From IMG/VR virus record IMGVR_UViG_3300032223_001832, positions 1 through 64,000 of that record: a stretch of 64,000 nt of DNA; one strand, 5' to 3'. Position numbers and translations under genes: made by a program. Positions 10,611 through 19,891 of the stretch are shown in pieces; position 1 is the first letter of the stretch; every line of letters begins with the position of its first letter. The notes beneath the pieces are model-generated. The model was not told the origin of the DNA. It saw only the letters and a program-made list of their open reading frames with translations, and ran no database searches. The stretch comes from a virus.

Positions 10611-10638
10611 AACCCCCTTAACTTATTAGGAGATTAAT

Positions 10639-11430
10639 ATGGACGATAGACTACTACCAGCTCAAATCGATACTAAACGATATGACCTCACAGGTAAGCA
10701 AAAAGAACTTGCTGAGTTTGCTATGGGATACGAACACGCGCAGTCTGAGTTTAAGACTAAGCACTTTGTCGGTAATGCCCAAATTACTCCTTACCAAAAG
10801 TACAAGCAGTTCTTGTTAGAGCTTCGCACCCGTGAAGAGTCCATTGAATTGATGCTTATTCAACTTGAGATTAAGAAAGCTGAAATAGCTGTAGAGTTGG
10901 AAAAGGGCGAGCAGTCTAACCTTCCTGCTTTTAAGAACCTTTGCGCAATGAACGCTCGGGATAAAGAGCGTGAATCTCTACTAGTTGAGCGCCGTTTACA
11001 ACAGGCAATCTTTGAGCGAGACCAGTACGTTCGACTTTTAGAAGAGATGTATACAACAGGTGAAGCCTATCTCCCTGACGGCATGGACCTAAAAGACGCA
11101 ATTACTGACGTTTATTTGGACGCTCAACTTGAACGTGACCATTGGATTACTCGCCTTAGCAAGCAGGCGGCATTGGACCTTTTGGCCTACGGTCAAATTG
11201 GCACAGGAAACATGGAAGCTATCACCATGCTTTCAGACATTGACGCTGCCGAGGTTATTAACGTAGCTATTGGTTACTCTAACCGTCTTAAGAATGAAAT
11301 GGTAAATGTAGAGCAAAAAGTATTAGAAGAGATTAAAGACACTGGGTTAAAGTCGCTCGATATCCACGCTACTAGAAGTAACGCTTTGAACAAGTCTCTT
11401 AACGTTAGTGAGAAAAAGGCACTTAACTAA
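10639..11430 (+). CDS. Coiled-coil hypothetical protein
   Basis: 263 aa, helical, E/L/K-rich; AGGAGA RBS. Confidence 0.7.
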   Translation: MDDRLLPAQIDTKRYDLTGKQKELAEFAMGYEHAQSEFKTKHFVGNAQITPYQKYKQFLLELRTREESIELMLIQLEIKKAEIAVELEKGEQSNLPAFKNLCAMNARDKERESLLVERRLQQAIFERDQYVRLLEEMYTTGEAYLPDGMDLKDAITDVYLDAQLERDHWITRLSKQAALDLLAYGQIGTGNMEAITMLSDIDAAEVINVAIGYSNRLKNEMVNVEQKVLEEIKDTGLKSLDIHATRSNALNKSLNVSEKKALN

Positions 11431-11819
11431 TGTACTACGCTGTATTTTTAGATGATTACTTAAAAGTAAAAGATTACTTTGAGTGGCAAGAACTAGGCAG
11501 AGCTTACCTATCTGTTATCTTAAAGTACGATAACGTTCCTGATATAGACCACGTTGAACTTACCGAAGACGAAGCCTACGCTTTTATTTTCTCTGAGATT
11601 CCAGAAGGGTACTCAAAGATTACTGTTCGAGAGAACACACATATTTGGGATAGACTACAAGATAAGCCTCTAGAAAAGAGCCCACAGCTTGATAGAATGG
11701 GTAACGTTATGGAGGGCGTATTTAAATATAAATACACTGTTACGGAAGAAGATTTGGAGAATGCGGCGTCTTTAAACAAAAAGATTGCACAATGGATACC
11801 TTATGGAGAAACCAACTAG
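11430..11819 (+). CDS. Hypothetical protein
   Basis: TAATG-coupled, 129 aa. Confidence 0.65.
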   Translation: MYYAVFLDDYLKVKDYFEWQELGRAYLSVILKYDNVPDIDHVELTEDEAYAFIFSEIPEGYSKITVRENTHIWDRLQDKPLEKSPQLDRMGNVMEGVFKYKYTVTEEDLENAASLNKKIAQWIPYGETN

Positions 11820-12516
11820 TATTCAATTCATCCTTAATGATGAAGACCTGCCTGATATTTATGAGGCACCTAAACCAGCTAAATCTCAGTTCCCTGATTG
11901 GTATAAAGACGCGTCTCCTACCATAAACCGTGAAGAAGTAAAAATACTTCCAAACGGTAAACGCAACGGTACGTATAAAAAGTGCATGCCTTTTATGGAT
12001 GCTATGGCGTCTGGTTATATTGTCACCTTGCCTTGCGACGTGCTTGTAGTAAAAGACCCAATGGGTAACCAAGCATTTCAATGGACGGTTGACGGCAACG
12101 TTGTCGCTACCCATAGTAAGTCAGAGCACCCAGGTTTTCCCATACCTGATGGGTACAACCAGACAGTATTTACTTGGCTCGGTCACCACATTATAAAAAC
12201 CCCTAAAGGAACTAGTTGCCTGTTTACTCACCCACTAAACCGCAATGACCTACCTTTTAGAGTTGTTAGTGGTGTGGTGGACACTGATGCCTACCTTGCC
12301 CCTGTGGATTCACCATTTTTAATTGAAAAGAGCTTCACTGGTATACTTCCTCAAGGAACACCTATCTGCCAAATAATTCCTTTTAGACGAGAAAGCTGGG
12401 TTTCAGCTGTAGCCCATCTAACCAAGAAGGAACTAAACAACTGGATGAACAGGTACATGAGCAAGCTGGTCTCAGCTTATCGGGCTTCTGTTTGGTCTAA
12501 AAAGGAGTACAACTAA
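11803..12516 (+). CDS. DUF6065/dUTPase-fold-like protein, paralog 1
   Basis: 'KKCMPFMDAMASGY', 'SGVVDTD' (resembles dUTPase motif III), 'GTPICQIIPFRRE'. Confidence 0.55.
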   Translation: MEKPTSIQFILNDEDLPDIYEAPKPAKSQFPDWYKDASPTINREEVKILPNGKRNGTYKKCMPFMDAMASGYIVTLPCDVLVVKDPMGNQAFQWTVDGNVVATHSKSEHPGFPIPDGYNQTVFTWLGHHIIKTPKGTSCLFTHPLNRNDLPFRVVSGVVDTDAYLAPVDSPFLIEKSFTGILPQGTPICQIIPFRRESWVSAVAHLTKKELNNWMNRYMSKLVSAYRASVWSKKEYN

Positions 12517-14162
12517 TGTTTAGCGTACCGTTAAACCCAAAGCTTAACCCAGAGCAGATGGAAGAGTTTATTAAGTTCCTGTCTGATTACAAGGACTACA
12601 TCTACGACTTCTACTTTACCTGCCGCATCCCACCGTTTACTCAAGATGCTATGGGAGACGTGTTTACTCAAGGTGACGACGACTGGACTTATCTTATTGA
12701 GCTAGCCCTATACATTCAGAATGAGACTGGAGTTACCGCTTCAGCAGTCTTTAACAATACTGAAGTTCGTCCGTCTCAAGATAACCTTGACTTGTTTATA
12801 TTAAACTTTCGTCAACTTTATAAAGCGGGCATCCGCTCAGTCACTATCCCACACACTCACTGGATGGCCACTGGTCAGATTAAAACCGCTTTCCCTGAGC
12901 TATTCGTAAAGAACACCATCCTTCGTAATGTAAGCGAGCCTCGTGATATTGAGAAGCTAGCCCAGGCTGGCTTTGACTACATCAACTTGGACCGCGACCT
13001 TATGCGCGACCATGACAAGTTATTGCGCTTTAAGAAAGCTAAGGAAAAGTACGGAGTAAAGATTTCTCTTCTTGCTAATGAAGGCTGCCTTGGTGGCTGC
13101 ATCATGATGGACGAACACTATCAATTTAACAACACTCGTACCGATGGACCTCAGTATTTTACTGACCCTATCAGCCGCGTCTCTTGTATGAAGTGGGATA
13201 GACAAGATTCAGCCGTAGCCCTAAAGACCGCGAACTTTCCACCCTGGCGTGAAGACTGGGAGGAGTTCCTAAACGACTTTGGTATTGACGTCATTAAGAT
13301 GCACGGCCGTGAGTCGACTACCCGCTTGCGCGAAACCATGGACATCATCAAGAAGTACGCTGCTGGGGAAGAGATTCTCTATGAGCACTTTAATGATTTC
13401 ATTGAAGAGAAGAACATGGTGGATAAGCCCATCAATATCTGGCGCAATAAAATCAAAAACTGCAAGTTTGATTGCTGGGACTGTGGGTACTGCGACAAGA
13501 TTATCCAAGCCAAGTACGGTAATAACATTGACGCAAAAGTCGACTTTGTCGTACAAGCTTTGGTGGACGCGGTTAACAAACATGTTCACATTCATCACAT
13601 CCCTGGGTTGACCAGTCAGCGCGTTCAGTCATTGCTTAACGTATTGGCGTCCAAGTCGACCACTTACCTAGAGGTTGGTTCATACCTAGGGGCTACAAGC
13701 TCATCCGCGCTAATGGATAATACCCTTAACGCTTACTTTGTAGACCTATGGGAAGAAGACATCCAACCAGCCGAAGCTAACATTGAGCTCCCGCCTAACA
13801 GTCGAGCTCAGTTTGAAAAGAACATTGCCCCTTATGTAGGCGACAGTGCAATCCACGTAATACAGGAAGATATGCTGGCGGTAGACACCTCAGCTATCCA
13901 GAATGTAGACCTGTTCTTCTATGACGGTCCGCACGATTACGCAAGCGTCTATAAAGCAATCCTCCACTATAAAGATACGTTTGCTAAACAGACAGTCCTA
14001 GTAATGGATGATGCTAACTGGACAGACACTGTGCTTGCCACAGATGCTGCCCTAAAAGATGCGGGATTAAAACCCGTGTACACTAAGAAAGTGCTAAACG
14101 CCGTTGAATCAGCCAAAGACTGGTGGAATGGTTTATATATTGTAGTAGTTAACAAGGAGTAA
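12516..14162 (+). CDS. Peptidase-U32-family Fe-S protein fused to a class I SAM methyltransferase
   Basis: N-terminal part: 'INLDRDLMRD', 'LLANEGCLGGC...EH...C', 'IKMHGRE', 'CKFDCWDCGYC'. C-terminal part: 'YLEVGSYLG', 'VDLW', 'FFYDGPH', 'VMDDANW' (Methyltransf_24-like). Confidence 0.75.
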   Translation: MFSVPLNPKLNPEQMEEFIKFLSDYKDYIYDFYFTCRIPPFTQDAMGDVFTQGDDDWTYLIELALYIQNETGVTASAVFNNTEVRPSQDNLDLFILNFRQLYKAGIRSVTIPHTHWMATGQIKTAFPELFVKNTILRNVSEPRDIEKLAQAGFDYINLDRDLMRDHDKLLRFKKAKEKYGVKISLLANEGCLGGCIMMDEHYQFNNTRTDGPQYFTDPISRVSCMKWDRQDSAVALKTANFPPWREDWEEFLNDFGIDVIKMHGRESTTRLRETMDIIKKYAAGEEILYEHFNDFIEEKNMVDKPINIWRNKIKNCKFDCWDCGYCDKIIQAKYGNNIDAKVDFVVQALVDAVNKHVHIHHIPGLTSQRVQSLLNVLASKSTTYLEVGSYLGATSSSALMDNTLNAYFVDLWEEDIQPAEANIELPPNSRAQFEKNIAPYVGDSAIHVIQEDMLAVDTSAIQNVDLFFYDGPHDYASVYKAILHYKDTFAKQTVLVMDDANWTDTVLATDAALKDAGLKPVYTKKVLNAVESAKDWWNGLYIVVVNKE

Positions 14163-14164
14163 TA

Positions 14165-15079
14165 ATGCCGTCTTTATTGGTTCTTTTTTCAGAGTGGTAC
14201 TACATCTTGATGCTTGGCACAGTGTTGGTGCTTTCGTTTTACGCACGTAAGTATGATGTGTTTCAGCCGTTGTACGCTGGAGTATCTAAGGTATTTAAGT
14301 CTAAGAGGGCGGTTATTGCCGTAACATCTGCTATCTCTGGCGTACTACCTATCAATGGTCGAGTAGTTGTATCAGCGGGTATTCTAAACACAATAGCCCC
14401 TTCCGACGCTGAAAAACGTAAAAAGTACGCAATCATTGATTACTTAGCCACACACCACTTCTACTTCTGGTCACCTTTGGAGCAAACAGTTATTGTTCCT
14501 ATGGCCGCCCTTCACATTTCATATTGGACTTTCCTAGGTCGTACTTGGGCCATTTTGGCTACTGCTATAACCTGCGCCCTTTGGTACATTTTTGGTGTTC
14601 TTAAAGAAGACGATGTAGAAATCAACTTCCGCACAGAACGTGTCCGTCAAGATATGAATGCTCGTGAGGAGTTCCGCAAGGGAGTAAAGACATTAGCACT
14701 AGTTACAGGCCTTTTGATGGCAGGTAACTTTGTAGGCTACCACCATGCTGCGTTTGAGCACCTGTTTAATAATGCTCAAAAGACTAGCCTTTTGATTGTT
14801 GTTCTTCTTGCTTCTTTTGCTATTAGCTGGTTGCTCGGCAGTAGTGAGAAGTTCTCAGGTCTTATTGGAATTTCTGCAGCAGCTTTTGGTCTTCAGTACC
14901 TACCGTTGTTGTTTGCCGTTAACTGGGGTGGGTACTTCCTGTCCCCACTTCATAAGTGCATGTTGCTAGGTCGTCAAATCTTTGGCGCAAGCCTTAAGGA
15001 TTATTACAAGGTTCTTGTGGGAGTAGTTGCTATGGTCATTATGGTTGCTATTGTCCACACTTACACAACAGGTCTTTAA
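14165..15079 (+). CDS. Multi-pass membrane protein, transporter-like (IT superfamily/DUF401-like)
   Basis: Many hydrophobic segments. 'SGVLPINGR', 'FWSPLEQ' and 'GYFLSPLHKC' resemble a two-repeat ion-transporter architecture. Confidence 0.6.
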   Translation: MPSLLVLFSEWYYILMLGTVLVLSFYARKYDVFQPLYAGVSKVFKSKRAVIAVTSAISGVLPINGRVVVSAGILNTIAPSDAEKRKKYAIIDYLATHHFYFWSPLEQTVIVPMAALHISYWTFLGRTWAILATAITCALWYIFGVLKEDDVEINFRTERVRQDMNAREEFRKGVKTLALVTGLLMAGNFVGYHHAAFEHLFNNAQKTSLLIVVLLASFAISWLLGSSEKFSGLIGISAAAFGLQYLPLLFAVNWGGYFLSPLHKCMLLGRQIFGASLKDYYKVLVGVVAMVIMVAIVHTYTTGL

Positions 15080-15774
15080 TGAAGAAGATTGAATTTATCC
15101 CCAACTCAGAGCATACTGGTCAAGCTTTAAATCCCCCTGCTCCGAGTAGGGGGTTTATTCCTCAGTGGTATAAAGACTCTACTCGCTACACAACAGGTAA
15201 TGACCTTACCTTTAGTAACGATGGGGAACCAAATAAAAACTACAAACTCTGTGTACCTTTTCTAGACATTATGACTTCGGGGTACATCATCGAACTTCCT
15301 TACGATGTCCACGTAGAGAAAATTGGTGACCGTATTGCCTTTAACTGGAACGATGCACCAGGCTTAGTATCAGCTAGACGAAACCTTAAAGGCATGCCTC
15401 GTCCAGCAGGTTGTTTAGACCAAGCTTATGCTTGGACTTTCTTTTGGGGAGTTAAAACACCCGTAGGTTACAGCGCGATTATCACGCACCCATTTAACAG
15501 ACATGATTTACCATTTATAACAACTAGCGGAATTGTTGAATCCGATAATTTTAGCCAGGGCGGGGAGATACCGTTCTTCCTTAAAGCTGACTTTGAAGGC
15601 ATGATTCCTGCTGGAACGCCTATTGCTCAGGTAATTCCTTTTAAACGAGAAGACTGGGTATCTGAAGCAAAAGAGTATGATGACACGTTCTTTCAGCAAC
15701 AGGTTTACGCGCTCCATAGAAACATTACTGGGGCGTACAAGCGTCTATTTTGGCGCAAGAAGAACTACGACTAA
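15079..15774 (+). CDS. DUF6065/dUTPase-fold-like protein, paralog 2
   Basis: 'KLCVPFLDIMTSGY', 'THPFNRHDLPF', 'IPAGTPIAQVIPFKRE'; paralog of 11803..12516. Confidence 0.55.
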   Translation: MKKIEFIPNSEHTGQALNPPAPSRGFIPQWYKDSTRYTTGNDLTFSNDGEPNKNYKLCVPFLDIMTSGYIIELPYDVHVEKIGDRIAFNWNDAPGLVSARRNLKGMPRPAGCLDQAYAWTFFWGVKTPVGYSAIITHPFNRHDLPFITTSGIVESDNFSQGGEIPFFLKADFEGMIPAGTPIAQVIPFKREDWVSEAKEYDDTFFQQQVYALHRNITGAYKRLFWRKKNYD

Positions 15775-15812
15775 ACCCTGCGCTTTAATCCCGTATGCAA
15801 GATAATGGGGTA

Positions 15813-16337
15813 ATGCGTTCCTATAAGCCAGGTGGCCGCTTTGATGCGGACTTTGAAACCGACGATATCCTTAAAGGTATTGACGCTGACCTAAAAAATC
15901 CAGTAGGAACTCATGCGCTTTGGTATATCTGGGACGACACAAACTCCCACGTTGACCCTATCTATGACGTTGGTGCAGACCCCGCTTTGGGTGTTGGCTA
16001 TGGCCGCACTTGGAGAGGGCCATACAAGCTTCCAGTAATCCGTGCTATTTGGAGTCAGGGAGATGTTAAAACCTCTGAAATCGGTTACTACAACGATGAT
16101 ACTTTGCATCTTACTCTTAACGCACAAGACATCGAAACCATAGCCCCAGGGTTCTTTAAGATTCCAGAAATTCAATTACGAGGACGTTTGATTTGGAAGA
16201 ACCAGGTTTACCGCCCATACGGAATTCAGCAACGTGGTATTGTTGCTGAACGATACACAATCGTAACTGTTGAGTGTATCCAGGTAATGCCTGAAGAAAT
16301 GATTAACGACCCTCAATTCCAAGCCTATGCTAACTAA
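15813..16337 (+). CDS. Putative head-closure/neck protein
   Basis: Position before the tail genes; beta-rich; start assigned at MRSYKPGG. Confidence 0.5.
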   Translation: MRSYKPGGRFDADFETDDILKGIDADLKNPVGTHALWYIWDDTNSHVDPIYDVGADPALGVGYGRTWRGPYKLPVIRAIWSQGDVKTSEIGYYNDDTLHLTLNAQDIETIAPGFFKIPEIQLRGRLIWKNQVYRPYGIQQRGIVAERYTIVTVECIQVMPEEMINDPQFQAYAN

Positions 16338-16345
16338 GGAGCTTT

Positions 16346-16627
16346 ATGGCAATCGTACACCTCAATAAAACAGTAACTACTGCCGTTACTGCGTTAACTA
16401 CTTTAGATTCAATTACAGAATACACAGCAGTGTCTATTCAAAACAATGACTCAGCTGCTATCTATGTAGGAGACGCTACAATTTCAACTTCGGGTGCAAA
16501 CAAGGGCCATACTGTAGCTAACGGGACTACCTTTCAAATTTGGCTTCGTGCTAACGATACTATCTATGCTATCTCAGCAGCAGGTACTGCAGCTAACGCT
16601 GTGTCGGTTCTTTACTCACAAGTCTAA
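16346..16627 (+). CDS. Small structural protein
   Basis: AGGAG RBS; 'SIQNND...IYVG...IYAIS' small beta protein. Confidence 0.6.
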   Translation: MAIVHLNKTVTTAVTALTTLDSITEYTAVSIQNNDSAAIYVGDATISTSGANKGHTVANGTTFQIWLRANDTIYAISAAGTAANAVSVLYSQV

Positions 16628-16628
16628 A

Positions 16629-16778
16629 ATGCCTTTTAAGTCTCAACAGCAAGAAAAGTGGATGTGGGCAACCCATCCTCAGATGGCCCAGCAATGGGAA
16701 AAGCACACACCCAAGGGCAAGACGTTGCCCAAGAAAGTAGGTAAGCATGGCGGTAAAAAAGGCAGCAAAAAAGCCTAA
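16629..16778 (+). CDS. Small basic protein
   Basis: MPFKSQQQEKWMWATHPQMAQQWEKHTPKGK..., Lys-rich. Confidence 0.65.
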   Translation: MPFKSQQQEKWMWATHPQMAQQWEKHTPKGKTLPKKVGKHGGKKGSKKA

Positions 16779-16926
16779 GCTTGGTTCTGGAAAGCGCTTC
16801 GAAGAAATTGAAGAGAAAGCTAAGAAGTCTGGAGCTAAAAACCCTGGAGCTGTAGCTGCAGCTGCAGGTATAAAGAAGTACGGCGTCAAGAAAATGGAAA
16901 AAATGGCACAGAAGGGAAAGAAATAA
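16747..16926 (+). CDS. Small basic protein
   Basis: MAVKKAAKKPKLGSGKRFEEIEEKAKKSGAKNPGAVAAAAGIKKYG... (59 aa, not in the ORF track). Confidence 0.7.
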   Translation: MAVKKAAKKPKLGSGKRFEEIEEKAKKSGAKNPGAVAAAAGIKKYGVKKMEKMAQKGKK

Positions 16927-17117
16927 TGTGCGCTACATGTGGTTGCATGAAGAAGGCCGATAAGAAGCAGGACGCAAAGCTTATGAAGGGTATGACCCCT
17001 AAGCAAAAGGCGGCTTTTGAAAAGGCTGACAAGAAGATGGATAAGAAGAAGCCATCTCGCAAGAAGGACGAAGAGCTAGATAAGGCTCTTGCCAAAAAGG
17101 TCAAGAAAAAGAAGTAA
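16926..17117 (+). CDS. Small basic protein with N-terminal CxxCxC
   Basis: MCATCGC followed by a Lys/Asp-rich tail; TAATG-coupled. Confidence 0.7.
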   Translation: MCATCGCMKKADKKQDAKLMKGMTPKQKAAFEKADKKMDKKKPSRKKDEELDKALAKKVKKKK

Positions 17118-17121
17118 GCTT

Positions 17122-17145
17122 AGGCCCCCGAAAGGGGGCCTTTTG
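17122..17145 (+). terminator. Intrinsic terminator
   Basis: AGGCCCCC-GAAA-GGGGGCCT followed by TTT. Confidence 0.8.
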
Positions 17146-17220
17146 CTTTATGCTTTAACTAATTCCGTGCGGAATTAAAGCTCTACCCTGCGTTGTAATT
17201 TGCCCTCCATTAGGAGACCC

Positions 17221-17382
17221 ATGTACAGTACTACCATGATTATCGAACCAATGGATTATTTAGCCAACATTGATGATTCTGTTAGTAACGAGTATGAGAA
17301 TCAGCATATTATCTTACGTGTGGTCGGGGCTTACTTACTAGGGAAAGCTCTGATTTATGTCTTTAAACACAGAAAAGCTTAA
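17221..17382 (+). CDS. Small hypothetical protein
   Basis: AGGAGA RBS before ATG 17221; C-terminal hydrophobic stretch. Confidence 0.45.
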   Translation: MYSTTMIIEPMDYLANIDDSVSNEYENQHIILRVVGAYLLGKALIYVFKHRKA

Positions 17383-17695
17383 CCCCGTTATTGCGGAGTT
17401 CTCCGTAGAGCTATCCGCACGCCTTACACCTGTTCTTAAAGAGATGGCTTCCCGTTCTGGTTGGCCGCAACACATTGTCGATGCCTTGCGTGTAGAGGTG
17501 GGCAATGATTATATGGTTCACGTCACACATCCAGGAATTTCAGATGATGAGGTCGACGTCCATGAGTATGGATTTAAAGGTCCAGTTAACTCAGTCATTC
17601 GGGTATTCATGAACCGATATAAAAACTATGCCTCAGAGCTATTGGCTCAAGAGTTCGCTCAAAAGATGTTTGATGCACTGGAGGTGTCTTTCTAA
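17357..17695 (+). CDS. Putative neck/tail-completion protein
   Basis: 'HEYG' motif; position before the tail terminator. Confidence 0.5.
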   Translation: MSLNTEKLNPVIAEFSVELSARLTPVLKEMASRSGWPQHIVDALRVEVGNDYMVHVTHPGISDDEVDVHEYGFKGPVNSVIRVFMNRYKNYASELLAQEFAQKMFDALEVSF

Positions 17696-18318
17696 TGGGT
17701 AACCCATTTATCATTGCAGAAGACGATGCCCTTAAAGCTCATCTTCAAGGTATGGTCGTCGCAGACGAATCAAATAGAAACCGCCAAGTAAAAGCGTGGT
17801 TTGGCTACCCAGACGTTGAAGTCCGTCAATTAACTTTTCCATTTGTAACGATTGATTTAATTGATATTAGCCCAGCAAACGAACGCCAGACGTCGGGGCG
17901 TCTTGCAGACGGTAATTACCTAGGTACAGCAGTACCAGTTCAAAACCATTATTACACTTACGACGTACCAGTGGCCTATGACCTTGTTTATCAAATTACT
18001 ACCTATGCGCGTAACCCACGCCACGACAGAGCAATCATGTTTCAGATGCTCGATAAGTTTCCATCAAAGTACGGATACCTTGTAGTACCTGAGCAAGTTG
18101 GCTCAAACACTACAAGTCGTTCTATGTTTCTTGATGGGTTTGCCAAGAGAGATGCGGTAGAAGGTGAGACTGGAAATCGCCGTCTTTTGAGGAACATTTA
18201 TACTGTACGAGTGATAAGCCAAATGCTACCAGCTGCGGCTCAAGCTATTGCAGTACAAACTGTAAATGTAAACACTACTACACCGCATATCCCGTCCCGA
18301 TACGTACCGATTCACTAA
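17695..18318 (+). CDS. Tail terminator/completion protein
   Basis: 'FPFVTIDLIDI', 'PVAYDLVYQITTYAR'; directly before the sheath. Confidence 0.65.
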   Translation: MGNPFIIAEDDALKAHLQGMVVADESNRNRQVKAWFGYPDVEVRQLTFPFVTIDLIDISPANERQTSGRLADGNYLGTAVPVQNHYYTYDVPVAYDLVYQITTYARNPRHDRAIMFQMLDKFPSKYGYLVVPEQVGSNTTSRSMFLDGFAKRDAVEGETGNRRLLRNIYTVRVISQMLPAAAQAIAVQTVNVNTTTPHIPSRYVPIH

Positions 18319-18353
18319 ACGTAACCTAAGAATAAAAATAAGGAGATAATCTA

Positions 18354-19877
18354 ATGGCAACATTCTCACGCCCTGGGGTATACGTTCAAGAGACGTTGAA
18401 CCCTATTGCACCATTGTCAGGCCCTAATGCTGACTCAATCGGTGCATTCATGGGTGCTTCAGACAAGGGTCCAGAAGCACCTACTTACATCTCATCTTGG
18501 AGCCAGTACACATCTATCTACGGTGGATGGAACTCAGTAGCATCTAACGTTCTTCCTCTTGCTGTTTATATGTTCTTTACTAACGGTGGAAGCGGCGCAT
18601 ATATCAACCGCGTTACAGGTTCAGGAGCAGCTGCTGCTACTCGTACCCTTAATGACACTGCTGGTACACCTCACGCTACTTTAGTTGTTAGCGCAAGCAG
18701 CAAAGGCTCATGGGGAACCAACATCAACGTAAGCGTAACCGCTTCAACTATTACTGGTTACTTTAACCTTACTGTCTACTACGGTGGAACCACTTCTGCA
18801 AACATTGTAGAGCGTTGGACAGATATCACAATGGATACTACAAACGCTCGCTATGCAGTATCCACAATTAACGCAGGCTCAACTTACATTACCGTAGCAG
18901 ATGGTGGCTCAACAGCTTCAGGCGCTACCCGTAACCCTGCAGTCGCAGCTAACACAACTCTTACAGGTTCAGGTCTAGACGGCGGTTCAATTACAAACTC
19001 TACATTTATCTCTGACCTAAATACTGATGGAACATCAGCATGGGACGGAATTAAACAAACACTTATTCTTAACATCCCAGGATACACAGACGCAGCAACT
19101 GTAAACGCAGCTATCGCATACGCTGAATACCGCACAGATGTGTTTGTTGTAGTTGACGGCCTTAATGACACAGTAACTGCTCAGCTTGCTGCAGCAGCTA
19201 CCTACACAGTTTCTTCTCGTGCAGCTGTCTACTACCCACAAATTACTATCCCAGACCCAACCGCACAAGTCGGTTCATCTTCAGGTCTTACAAAGACAAT
19301 TGGAGCTGGCGGAGCAGTAGTCGGTTTGTATGCAGCAACTGACGCATCACGTGGTGTGTTCAAGGCACCTGCAGGTTTGCAAGCAAAGATTGCTGGAGCA
19401 GTAAGCGTTCCATCTCTTACAAATACAGACCTTGATAACCTAAACACAGCGTCTGCCCCAGTCAACGCTATTAAGTACACACCTGGCGCAGGAATTGTTG
19501 TTATGGGTGCACGTACTCTTAAGCAAGGCTATGTGGACCGTTATGTTCCAGTACGCCGCACACTTATTTACTTGGAAAAGTCTCTTACTGACCTAACTCA
19601 GTTTGCAGTCTTTGAGCCAAATGATGCTCGTCTATGGCGCCGCCTAAACGCTTCAGTAAGCAGTTTCTTAACTGGCTTCTGGAACCAAGGTGGTCTTGCG
19701 GGAGCTTCACCTTCTCAAGCATTCTTTGTGAAGGTTGACTCTGAAAACAACCCACAAGCAAGCATCGATAACGGATATGTAACAATTGAAGTTGGTGTTG
19801 CTCTACAGCGTCCAGCTGAATATGTTGTAATTAAAATTGGTCAGTTTGACGGTGGAACCACCGTTACTGTAGCGTAA
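18354..19877 (+). CDS. Tail sheath protein
   Basis: 'RPGVYVQE', 'RGVFKAPAG', 'GARTL', 'YVPVRR', 'VFEPND', 'RPAEYVVI'. Confidence 0.95.
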   Translation: MATFSRPGVYVQETLNPIAPLSGPNADSIGAFMGASDKGPEAPTYISSWSQYTSIYGGWNSVASNVLPLAVYMFFTNGGSGAYINRVTGSGAAAATRTLNDTAGTPHATLVVSASSKGSWGTNINVSVTASTITGYFNLTVYYGGTTSANIVERWTDITMDTTNARYAVSTINAGSTYITVADGGSTASGATRNPAVAANTTLTGSGLDGGSITNSTFISDLNTDGTSAWDGIKQTLILNIPGYTDAATVNAAIAYAEYRTDVFVVVDGLNDTVTAQLAAAATYTVSSRAAVYYPQITIPDPTAQVGSSSGLTKTIGAGGAVVGLYAATDASRGVFKAPAGLQAKIAGAVSVPSLTNTDLDNLNTASAPVNAIKYTPGAGIVVMGARTLKQGYVDRYVPVRRTLIYLEKSLTDLTQFAVFEPNDARLWRRLNASVSSFLTGFWNQGGLAGASPSQAFFVKVDSENNPQASIDNGYVTIEVGVALQRPAEYVVIKIGQFDGGTTVTVA

Positions 19878-19891
19878 AGGAGAAATAACCA

